Assembly (NCBI RefSeq): GCF_000315625.1
Contig: NW_005434631.1
Location: forward strand, 1-64,000
DNA: 64,000 nt
From: Guillardia theta CCMP2712
Lineage: Eukaryota > Protista > Cryptophyta
Direction of reading: 5' to 3'
Program-made: the position numbers and the translations under genes
Notes under the pieces: generated by a model
Databases searched by the model: none
What the model was told of the DNA's origin: nothing
The model's input: only the letters and a program-made list of their open reading frames with translations
In this document: positions 1 to 11,980 of the stretch, one piece after another
Numbering within the stretch: the first letter of the stretch is position 1
Layout of the letters: each line of letters begins with the position of its first letter

Positions 1-120
1 GCCAGAGTCCGCAATATGGGTGAATGTGGACTTGGCGCGGAAGAACAAGGGCAAGTGAGGGAGGGGGCCGATAGTAGGAATTGGGCAGGGCAGGGCCGAG
101 AGGGGAGGGGAGACTGACTC

Positions 121-3100
121 TTGCTTGGGCTGGCAGGGACGTGCCGGGGATGTCGGGAGTGCGGGGAGGGCGAGTACAAGGCCGGAGGCTGCAACGGGAC
201 GTCAGACACGACATGTCGCAACTGCAGTCATGTTGTTTGTGGGGCTGGACGTTATCTACAATCCTGTGGCTTCGGGCTGACTGGCAGCTGTGAGGATTGT
301 GGCATCTGTTCGCCAAGTCAGTATCAGCTTTCTCCGTGCAGCTCATTATCAAATCGAGTTTGTTTGAACTGCTCGTCATTGCGTTGTTCAGATGCTTTCT
401 ATCGAAGTGGGTGTGGGAACGGTTCCATGGGAGAGTGTTTAGGCTGCAAGGTTTGTTCCTCCTTTCAGTACGAGGTGTCATCGTGCAGTCAAAGTGCAGA
501 TCGTGTGTGCTCAGATTGCAACCTGAGGCCATGCAATGTTGGTGAGTACCTTCAAGGTTGTGGCAATGGAAGTGCAGGAACTTGTACGCAGTGTCATCGC
601 TGTTTGTCGAATCAATTCGTGACGTCAAATTGCACCAAGTTCCAGAACACAAACTGTTCAGACTGCCGTGCTTGTTCAGGCACGCAGTACGAGTACTCTG
701 CATGTTCGCTATATTCGAATCGAGTATGTCACGAATGCTCGGAGATCCAGTGTCCTCCGGGCACTTACTTGGCTGGATGCGGAAATGGAAGCAAAGGCAC
801 TTGCTGGGAGTTCCCGTCTGTTGTGAGTGTGACGCCATCTTCAGGATGCAGTGGACGAAGTTTTGTGGCTCGAATAGTAATCCGCTCCCCTCAGATTGAG
901 GACCTTCCTATCACTAGAGTCTCTTCGCCTTCCATGAATACTACGGCTCTTTCTCCGCAGTACGATACCAGCAAGCAGATCATCTCATTGGATGTGGTGA
1001 TAGAATCTGGTCCAAGCTTGATGGGTGTATACGGTATCGACGTCATGCTTTGCCAGCATTCGCCTTGTGTTCGCAACACAAGCTTCCTGGTAGAATTGAT
1101 CAGCCAGACAGCAGTGACATTGATTGATTCCTTTCCTTCGTCGGGGTATCGGTTCTCCTACACTCCATACATTGTACGACTATCAAATGTACCTGCAGGT
1201 CTCACAGCCACTGCTGTGCGAATAGTCATAAGTCCAACCAACGAATCTATAGATGCATCAAGCGTGACATACGAGGCTTCGCCGTTCTGTTCGAACTTGG
1301 CGACCATCCAGTTTCTCCTGCCCCCGATGTCTGCCAGTGCTGCTGTGAGGCCAACAATCATTGGGAGCTTGAGTCGGAGATCGTCGACTTTCCGGTTGGA
1401 GTTACAGGAGTTTCAGTACATTGCAGCTCCGAGCGTTGAAGTGGCTTCAATGTTCCCCACCACAGGGGGAGTGTCGCAGCCAGTGCGGATACAAATCTCG
1501 ATACAAAACTTTCCCGAGACCGACGCGGCAGGCAATGGCTGCACGGACGTGGGAGTCTTGTTTGTCAGCGCATCTCTGACCAATGCGACTTCTTTGTCAG
1601 GACGGCTGGAGAGTTGTCAGAGACAGAAGGCGTCTTACATGCTCGGTCCCATGACCGTCGATGTGTCATCCCCAAGCGGTGATTCCGTGTCCCCTGGATA
1701 CGCGAATGTCATTGTGTATCATAAGAGATACTCTACAAGCATGGTGAACGTGAAGAACACTGATGCAAAAGCTACTTTCGACTCATTTCTATTCTTCAAT
1801 GATAGAAAAGCGAGGATCTACTTGATCCTGAACGAGTATGGCGATACTGGTGTGAATACGATCAGGGCCAAGGGAAGCACCACTACCAGGGTGTCTCTTT
1901 TCATAGAGAATATCGATTCATCGGTCATGCCTTCTGAATACACAATCATGGTGGGCAAATATCGGTATCGCAACAACTGCACTAGCTATTCGGACTGCTT
2001 CCCTGTTCTGTTGGTATCCTTGAACGCCGAAACTCGTACAGGATCATCAAATTTGAGGTGCAAGCTAATATGATCGAAGGGGTTGTTTCAGCAGGGACAG
2101 TAGGAGGGATCTTGGTGTATGGGGTTGTAGATTGTCCTACTTCGTGTTGTCAGCAGATGTCATGCGATACCGCGTGTAGGCCGTATGTGAGCAACTGCTT
2201 CACAGTGAGTTATTATGACGACAGGGAGCCCTACGTGCAATATGTCTCAAGCTCGCAGGGGCCGGATACCGGAGGAAACTCGATCGACATTGGCATTGCA
2301 AACTTTCCCTTGGTGACCACGAAGAATCTGATAATACAGATCGCAGGAAAGAACCAGTCGACGAGCAACTGGCTTTTGCTGAGGTCTGTGATTGAAGTGA
2401 CGGAAGTGAGAGTGTTTCCTTCGCCGTTTGATCTAGGATCGAATGCGCAGCAGATAGTGGAAGTTCGCATTCTACCGACAAGCAACCTTCTCAAAGCTGT
2501 GCGTTTCAACTACACGTACATTGCTTCACCACAACAGCTCAACTCAGTTTCTGCAACGTCTGGCCCGAGCACTGGATGTCAAGCCATCAAGGTGGAGATT
2601 GGATATTTCCGGTATCCTACGGCCATCGAGAGCTGCATTGATGTGCCGTCACAATGCCTCACAGTGCAATTCGGGTCGACCATCCTGACTGATGCCCCAG
2701 CAGCAACAACGTGTGACAGACTTGCAGGAACCGTCTCAATATCAAAACTGTCATCGCGACTCTCGTGCGTTCTCAACATCATCACGCCTGCGACTGCACC
2801 GGGGGAGGTTGCGGTTGTCATGAAAGCGACCGGATGTGGAGCAAGCTGCCAGCAAAGTCGCTTCAGCTTTTTCCAGCAGGATATGAGTGTACTTGGAATC
2901 GTGAATCCAATACCCACTCAGGGAAGTGCTCAAAGCGCATCCTTGTATGAAGACATATACCTTGTGAACTTCCCTTGGGAGACCTACTCTGCCTTGACTG
3001 CTGGGGTCAAAGGAAGTGTGACCATGGCAGCGAGTATAGACTCTCCTCCAAGCAGGGTTGACGATAAAGTGACAAGGATACGTGTCAAGTTGCCAGCGTA

Positions 3101-6100
3101 TCCAGCTTTAGAGCACGTGCTTGTGTCCATCAACGTCACATCAGGAAGCCTCGTGAAATCTGTCAACTTTGACTATACCTTCTTCGACGGCTTTGCCTTG
3201 AGAATCCTGAGCATGAATCCCGATGGAGTGCCAGTGTCGACTTCAGTATTTGGACGAACCCTTGCTTACAGGACGGAGGTCACGTTGCTTCTTGCCAACT
3301 GTCCGCAAGACTTGAAAGCTGGTCAGCTCAATGTCACAGTGAATGGATACACATCACAGGTGGTCTCGCTTTCCAATGAAGCCACGTGCCAGCCCGGGGT
3401 CCCAGACTGCAATCGGACACGGCTGAAGGTGCTGCTGACGCCTCTGAGCTCACTGGGCAATGCGACGGTGAAGCTGATGGTGTGGAATGGCTCAGGGGTA
3501 AGCAGCTACCTTCGCTCAGTAGCAACGTACCTGCCGTGCAACTATGAGACATTTTGTAGTCTGCAGGAGGTTCCAGATGTGTTGCTGCTGCAAGGCGTGT
3601 CTGCTGCACAATGCAACGCACAATTCTGCGTGAAACAAGTATTGGTTCCAGACGCGTCGATTCTATCTGTGAATCAAACTGTTGGTGTGGCCACTGGAGG
3701 GAACAAGGTGCTGGTTGAGTTTAGTAACTTCCCATCACTTCAACCTGCAGACATCGAGATCATGTTGAGGATTCCTGGCATCCAGCTGATTGTTGCTACG
3801 GAGAGTTTGAGCCTAGCAAGAGGATCTAGCCTGCAAGGCTCCACGGGCTCGCTAGTGATGACGATTCCTTCCGTGAGAATCGATGAGGATCAGCTTGCAA
3901 CAGTCACCCTCACGTTGACCTTGGGTTCTGCAATCAGAACGGCATCGTTCCAGTATCAATATCTTCGCTTGCTGAGTGGGAACGCAACTGTACGATCATT
4001 CTCTCCGATGTCCATCATGCGAACAGATGATCTCACTCTACAAGCTGAGCTTGTGAACGTACCTCAGCTCAAGGTCCCTTACAATGCTTCGTCAATCCTA
4101 TATAGCTTAGCATCTTCCTCGCTAAGTCAACAGTCCATGCCAACCAGCACCATCTTCGCGTCAAACTCCAAGAGCACGAACCTGCTGATACGTGTAGCGG
4201 CCCCCAAGTCGGGTTGGTCCGTGGGGTTGATATCGATTTCAGTTTGCTATCGGGCATCGCTCGAAGTCTGTGCCTTGTACGGACTTGGTGCTAAGGACTG
4301 TACTGGAGAAGTGTTATGCGCTCGAGGAGCGAAGATGCAAATCACTGTGCAAGACACTCCTCCTCCGAGACTGATGCGCTTCTATCCAACATCAGGGCCG
4401 ACGGACGTGAATACCGCAGTTCAGTTCACGGTTGCTTACCTGAGACCAGGTACTTCGGTGACAGAGCTGAATGTCAGCCTGCACACCACACAGAACGAAG
4501 TCAAGATGGTCAGTGTAGTGAGCATCAGTCTGAAGAACCCAAGCTGCTTGTATCCGGAGTGTGCAGTGCATGACGTAGATATCCTGATGCCAGCATTACA
4601 GGGATACGTAGGGATAGCGCAGGTCACTGTCACGTATCAGTACAAGACGGTTTCCTTTGACTTTCAGTACGTTGCGAGCAATGCTCCCAAGATTAGGCTC
4701 TTCCAACCTTCTTCGCAGTACATCTGCAAGCAGCCAAGCAGTGTCAGCTGCCAAGCTCAATCTTCCAGGGCCAGCATCTTGGTTGAGAACTTTATGCCTC
4801 CATGTGCCTCTTCGCAATGCACGGCTGAGCAAGCAGGGATCACTATCACCTTCACCGTGAGATCGGTTTCTTCGAGTCCTGCTAGCGTAGTGCTCGGTGT
4901 TGTCAACGGACTGCTTCAGCTCAGCTTTGTTGTCCCTCCCTCGTTTCTACCAGGTGCTTGCAGCGTTGAGATCGCTAACGGCACCAAGAAGGTGCAATAT
5001 AATGACTTCGCGTATCTGATTCCGCAAGCTCAAGTGGATCCAGTCGATTGTCCGGTAGACGGAGGCATCCAGATGAACGTGTCAGCCTGGGGGCTGCTGC
5101 CCTCACCTGGCAACTTGAGTGTTTCCGTGCAGAGCACGCAGATAGTAGGATGGACTCTACGTCAGTACTCCTCGCCCTGGAACTATGTTTACTTGTCGTA
5201 TGTTGCACCGGCAGCTCAAAGCATTGGAAGTGCGATAGGGGTAGTAGGGAATGGTTATGACCTCTCATCGGCAAAGTTCTACTTCGACTACGTGAACAGA
5301 CCTGCGATCTCAAGCCTTGTACCCAACGTGGCGACGTCACAGGGTAGGACGTACCCGAGCCTAGTGGGAGACCAAGCATACATGACAACCCTTACCATCG
5401 TCAACTTCCCCATCGTAAAGTCTCCGGCAGAGGTGTCGTTGAAGTTCGGGAGCGTCGAATGCCAGTGTGTGCTGCCGTCCTGCAGCTTGTACTGTGGGAT
5501 CGTGCGGCTGACAAGTACAAGTGCCTACACAGAGATGCAGATCGTCGTACCTCCGGCATCTGCTGTGCTGGGAGGCATGAACTCGGGCCAAACAAGTGTC
5601 AGTGTACGGCAGGTGAACACAGGAGCGCTGAGAGGCTTCATCAGAGAAGCCTCGACGTCTTTCACGTATTACAAGCCAACTCCAGCCGTGAAGCTCGTGC
5701 GCTTCTGTAGGACGTGCAATCCCGGGAGCATGTGTATCGTGAATGGCGTGTGCGGGAACGGCAAGTCTCCGCAGACAGGGTACGTGACTTGGTCAGACCT
5801 CCAGCAGTCGAACGGCAACATCGTTGAAGTGGCTGTAGAAAACATCGAAGACTGGATAGCGGTCAGCATCGCCAAGGATGGAACATTTGTAGGGTCAGCT
5901 GGGTTTGTTGTGACCTTCGGAAGCGATGAAGGCGTGGTGGACGCGAGCAGCGGACTTCGCTCGGTGACGGTGGTTGACGCTCACAGCGCGATATTCCAAA
6001 CGAAGATCCCGGCGATTCAAGGGATCGGCAGCATTGCCTGTACTGTGTCTCTTCGAACGAGTGAAAGCTCGATGTTGAGCTGGACGGTGGCCTTCCAGAT

Positions 6101-9100
6101 GCAGGTGGTCGATGACAGGAGGGAGCTCAAGTGCGTGTCCAGGTCATGCGTAGCGTCTGTGACGAACCCGTCGCCGCTGATAGCGTCTATCAAGAACATT
6201 CCTCTCACCACCAGGAGCGCGGCTCAAGACCAGCTCGTCATCATGATAGGCTCACTGCGTGCAGACTTTACAGTTGTCTCATGCAACACTACAATGATCA
6301 TCATCTCTGTCAACCCCCCCGAGTACACATGCTCAGCTTGCACAGTATCGGCTGGGTCGTCGACGGTGACATTTCAAGCGACCATGAGGTCTGACCCATC
6401 GATCGTTGCTCGCACAGATTTTGTGTATTGGGCCAGCCCGAAGGTGACGCGAGCAAGCTTCGACTCAACCGCAGCCTTCATCACCGTGACTCTGGATCAA
6501 GCAACCGACGGGCGGTCCCTTGTGCAGGCGTCGGGCTCCTCATGCGATGGCTTCGTGGGAAGCGAGGCGGGTCTGCTCGGCCAGACGGCACCAAGATGCG
6601 TGTGGACCACAGATCAAGCTTTCAACATCTTCCTCTCCCCCGGCGCCACCGTCTTGCCAAGCTCGCTCATCACCGTCAGAGGCATCCGGTCTGTAAATCA
6701 AGTCTCGATGCCCATGCTTGCTGCTGTCAGGGTCGAGAAACCTCTTTCTCCTCTGTACCCCTCGGTGCAGATCAGCGCCCCACAAGAGGTGGACCCTTGC
6801 TCGCCTCTCACAGTGCGAGCCCTTGCTAAGAGCGCTCGACAGCTGAGCTACACGTGGCGGTGTCTCAACGACGATGGGCTGAACACATTCCTTGCAAGCT
6901 TGCTGCCAAGCACGAGCATCATACAATTTGAAGCTGGAGTGGCTGAGATGGCTTCGACGGGGAAGACATACACGATCGGAGTGACAGTGAAGGACTTCTT
7001 GGGTTTCTCAAGCAAGGAGGCGGTGACGTCGATAACCAAGAAAGCCTTCCCTTCCCCTACTGTTGTCTTCACGCCTCAGTCACCCTTATCAACGTTTGTA
7101 GATCAGGATGTCACTATCACTGCAACCGCTGTGTTCTCGTCATGCCCAGTAGCAAAGAACGACATGATCTTTCAGTGGTCGCAATCTTCCGGCGTTGCCG
7201 TGTCTACGAGCTACGTCCCAAGCAGCATGTCGCAGCTCTGGATACCCAAGTATGAGCTACAAGCTGGGAACACGTACACGTTTGACGTCAGCGTGAGCCT
7301 GCAGGGAGACAGCTCGGTTTCTACGACGGCGAGCTTCACTCTTACAATAGGGAACCTGCCGCTGATGGGTGCAATAGCTGGCGGCGATCTGATCCAGATG
7401 TCGGAGGTTTCGGAGCTCCGGTTGGATGCAAGCAGCTCAAGAGACTTTGACGTGAAGAAAGGCGTTGACCAGGGGCTGACCTACGACTGGAGTTGCTATT
7501 TCTCGGATGGAACCTTCTCAATGCCGTGCTTGAACAAGAATCAGCAACTGCTTGAGCTTCCCAGTGGGGCCCAGCTGGTCGTCCCGGGAGGGTCGCTGAC
7601 GGACACCGGAGAGCTCTTCTACACGTTCTCGCTGGTAGTCTCCAAGGGAGACAAGACTCCTTCAACGGCCTCGAAGCGCGTGCAAGTCACGAAAGCTTTC
7701 GTGCCGGCGGTGATGCTGACGTCAAACGTACAGACGTACGATGGTGCCATGGGCATCGTCAACCAGGGAGACAAACTCGTGTACGAGGCTTCTTGTCCTT
7801 ATCCTTCAGCTCTGTATGTCTGGACCATCGCACCCGCCCCCAACGTGGGTTACGACGTAGGGTCGGTGTTCCCCTTCGGACGCAACGGGGCGATCTTCTT
7901 GATGGAGAGCGGGTCTTCTGCCTTGAGTCAGGGGCTGACGTACAGCATAGCGGTTGAGTGCTCGGTGAACGGCAGCGTGGGGACATCGTCGTCGAGCTTC
8001 TTGGTCAACACTCCTCCTCAGGGAGGGACATGCTATGCCTGCCTGGTGTCAGACTCTGGGAGCTGCACGAAGCAAGGTAGGCCGCTGCTGGACGAGTTCG
8101 TCGTTACTTGCGCGAACTGGATAGACCCAGACACGCCTCTGACGTACGAGTTCGGGTTCTCCTACGTGCAGGACGGGGAGACAATCACCAAGTGGTTTCA
8201 GCCCACGACGCTGCCCTACCTGATCATGCGGCTTCCGTCAAGCAGTGCCATCCAGATGAACGCGATTGTGTCGGACGGCAGAGGCGCCTCCACGTCCGTC
8301 ATGCAGGATACCGTCAAGACCGTGACGACGGGGAGAAGGCTGTTACAAGCAGCGAGTGACTGGTCCAGCGTGACGCAGGACATGAGCGAGAAGGCGCAGA
8401 CGCAGAACGTAGCAGGACTCAACCAGCTTATCACTTCGGTATCACTGGAGCTTGTGGCTCAACTGAATGCAAATGTGACGGACTTGTCTCATTCTCGTAC
8501 GCTGATTATGTACATGCTGTCGCTGCTGAAGCCCACGTACGGATCGTATCCGGCCACTACGGACTTCATGTCCGATGCGCTGAGCACTCTTGAGAGCGTA
8601 GGGAGCGAGCTGGGCTTGCAGAGCAACACATCGGTTTCGCAGATCGTCGAGCAGGTGGATGGTCTGCTGCAGCGCTATGCCGGGGAGACAGTGGAAGGGA
8701 TCATGCTGCATGTGTTGAAAATCTTCGGTGTCGCCATGAAATGGATGGAGACCGGGTCATATACGGACGGTCCCATCCTAGACCGGGTGACGTCAAACAC
8801 GGCTGCGGTGACGGAGGGTTTCTCAGTCAGCCTTGCAACAGGTCAAAGCGTGCAGTACGTACAGCAGTACTCGTCACATCGATTGGTTGCCGACAACGTG
8901 GAGGGGGTTGTGGGAGGCAAGAGCGTATTGGATGTGCCTCCAGGGTTGATGGGCATGTTTCAGGCGAAGAACGCCTCGTTTCGATACTCGTCTGGTCAGA
9001 CGGGAGTGACGGGGCGAGTAACAGTAGGAGCTCACATGTACGGAGCTGTGAGCGGTCCAGTGAACGGATCCACTCCACTCACACCGCTGATAGGAGTTTC

Positions 9101-10024
9101 CATGTCAGTGAGCAACCCGATATCTCAAGTCTCGATCGTGATGCCGGTGAGCCGGACGGCCGTCGTGACTGCGTCACAGTCTGTGCTGGTGGCGAGATGT
9201 GTGCGGTGGAGCAACGGAGGGTTTGAAGACAGCGGGTGCAGTGTAGAAGGGGTGGATCTGACGGCTGGAACGGTGACTTGTCGATGCTCGGTCGGAGTAC
9301 CAGGGGCTCGAAGGAGGCTAGCCCAGCAGCCAGCCACGTTCCAAGGTGTAACAGTGATAGCGGTCGGCGAGTTTCAGACGTACGACTGTGAGTTGATGAG
9401 CAAGAACTGCACTGGAGGACAGTACTTGTCTGGCTGCGGCAACGGGTCCCGGGGAGAGTGCCTGACGTGTTCCACGTGCACGCAGAGCGAGTACATGCTG
9501 ACGGACTGCTCGCCCTCCGCGAACCGACGATGCGCCGCCTGCTCTCAGCTGTACTGCAACCAAGACTACCGCAGATCAGCGTGCGGCGGGGGAGGCAGAG
9601 GTAGCTGTGTCGCATGCACGAGGTGTGGAGCAAACCAGCGCCAGCTCGTGAGCTGTGGGGAGAACTCGGCGTCGCAAGACGCTGTGTGCATCGACACGGC
9701 TGACGGGACAGCGACTGGGACGAAGTTGCTCGTGCTGACAGGAGCAGTGCGGGTGGGGAGCAGCCTGAATGAGAATATGAGAGCAAAGTTCATATTGGGG
9801 TTGGCGGCAGCAGCAGGGGTTGACAGCAGTAGCGTGAACATCACGTACATACGGGAGGTGCATGGAGCTCGTCGGGCACTGGCTGTAGAGTACGATGTGG
9901 GCTATCAAGTCTTCCTTGAGCTGAACGCGGAATGGAAGAGCGTGCAATCTAACCTGGGGTCAGAGAAGCTTCTAGAGGCTCTGAGAGGACAAGGGCTTCA
10001 GAATGTGCAGATCTTGGAATATCC
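121..10024 (+). repeat. Left arm of ~9.9 kb near-identical inverted duplication (partner 21819-31722)
   Basis: Mirror ORFs keep a constant coordinate sum of 31843/31844 (9850+21993; 1079+30765). Identity stops after cttggaatatcc (10024/21819). Confidence 0.97.
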
Positions 10025-10532
10025 GACTCTTTCTGTTATCACACTCGGCCCTTCAAGTTCCCCCACTATCATTGTTGCTGTTCCCACCAGTACCGTCGAG
10101 CCAACTTCCAAGTTCAACTTTGTTACATCTGCAGGATTTGCAGTTGTTGTCTCGATTGGCGGTTTTGTCATGTTGGTTGCAATCTTCGTGTTCAGGAGGT
10201 TCAGATCTTCCAGGAAGAAACTCCAAGTCGCTTCGTTCGTTTTCGAACCACGTCAGGTCGATGCTGACGAGAGGCCGCCAGCGATCGAGGGGGAGCGGGC
10301 CGTCGTCGAGGATCAGGTGCTTACGAGCGGGGATGAGTCGTCAGTGTCGGAGCAGGAAGAAAGTCAGTCGGAGAGCCACAGTCAGGAGGCAGAAATGAGA
10401 GACATCCTCTGCTATGCTGACATCAGTCACTTCAACGAGGGCTCCTCAAACGAGTCTGCCAACTCTGAGTTTGTGCACGCCAGACAAGTCCAGGATGAGA
10501 GCATACATGAAGGGACACCTTACCTCACTTGA
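137..10532 (+). CDS. Giant single-pass receptor, copy A (Cys-rich repeats, IPT/TIG-like region, REJ, degenerate GPS, TM). Terminal ~10.4 kb exon; 5' exons lie upstream of the window; 1-bp frameshift at ~2043
   Basis: ORFs 121..2073 and 2058..10532 join if one A is restored at 2043 (ggatc vs ggaatc in copy B). Splice acceptor ctggcag ends at 136. REJ-like motifs LRLDASSSRDFD and VNTPPQGGTC...FVVTCANWIDPDTPLTYEF; GPS-like CVRW...SGC...TCRC; TM FAVVVSIGGFVMLVAIFVF followed by RRFRSSRKK. Confidence 0.85.
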
Positions 10533-11980
10533 AACTGTGAGGAAGCATGGAGGATTTTTGCAAGGACTGCAAATACGTCTGGACATGGGAGCCTGTGATG
10601 TTGTAGACATCTTCTCTGACAAATTAGTTGCGATTCCTAAAGTAAAGATGCCTTTGAAATCCTTTCTTGCTATCACCATTAGCTTCGAACTTGTTCGTTA
10701 TCCTTCATTCCTATGATTCTCTGACGCAATCCGGTGGGACGGACTGAACCGTGCCACTTCTTGAGTATGGAACCAATTGAGTGCACATTCGTGAGGCTCT
10801 TTGCGTTATCATCGCGTCCTCGGCCTCCGGTTTCCGTCCTTGCCGTGCCGCCATGAAGACGTTACTTGCGCTGAGATTCATCATTCTCAATTCAATTAGC
10901 TAGCTACTTTTTGTGCTTCAAACTACTACTGTCACGGCAGGTGGAACCACCACCGGTCCTGATGCCTCTTTTAGACCCCTACACCCCATCAGTTTTAGGT
11001 TTCACAATTGACCCCTCCTCTCATCTGGATCTGGTATGGTAGGGGTAGCGGAAATCATGTCCAGAGCCACCCTACCCGTCTCGTGAATTTATGGGAGGGT
11101 AAGGGAGGGGTACTTTGCTTGCCATAGTACAGCAAACCGCAACGGATGGTGTCAGCTCCGGCCTCTTCTAGCACCCTACCCCCTAATTAAAAACTGTTTC
11201 GGATGTTCATGAGGGGGTACCGTGCCGTACCCACCCCACTTTCTAATTAACAGCGAATTTATCTCGTGATATGGGGTCATCACCCGCAGGAAACCCTAGC
11301 AGTACCCACCCGGTCACCCCTTTGACAGGTACTGAGAGCGGACCCCACCATATGCTCCTCAAGGACCCCCACCCCCCCTTCAAAATGTCGGATTGAAAAG
11401 AATCGATTTTGCACTGGAGGAAATCGACAGTGAGGAAGCACAGGAAGCAGGGCAGGGAGCAGCGGAGGAGGCAGGATAGCAGAACGAGCGCTGGCGATGG
11501 GCAAAAGAAGAGGAGAAGAGCAGTGGAGGAAGAGGACTGGGAAGGACTGCAGCAGAGATCTTGAGACAGGGACAGGAGAGACGAGCACGAACTCGGACTG
11601 AAATCTATGCAAGTTTGGGAACACATGCTGTGGGACAAATGAAGTAGCAAAGATCAATAGACCTGTGAAGTGAGAACATCAAGCAAGCATACCATCTTTC
11701 ATCAGACGTCAAATCATATACACGAGAAGGTGCATAGGGACTCTGTCAGAGTATACACGTGAGGAACAAATTCAAGAAAAGAAAAAGGGTGTTTGTGTGA
11801 GGCCAGGCTGGGAATGCAGTGTAAGTGTTGAGAAGCATCAGCAAGAATGTACGGTTGACTGATCGGAACCATGGACATGACATTGAATAGGGGGATATGA
11901 TAAGGGGTAACCCTGCTCATTTGAATTCTAGCTGACTTATATTTGTTTGTCAGGGTAATGTTTGTCTAAGCCAGGGTGCC

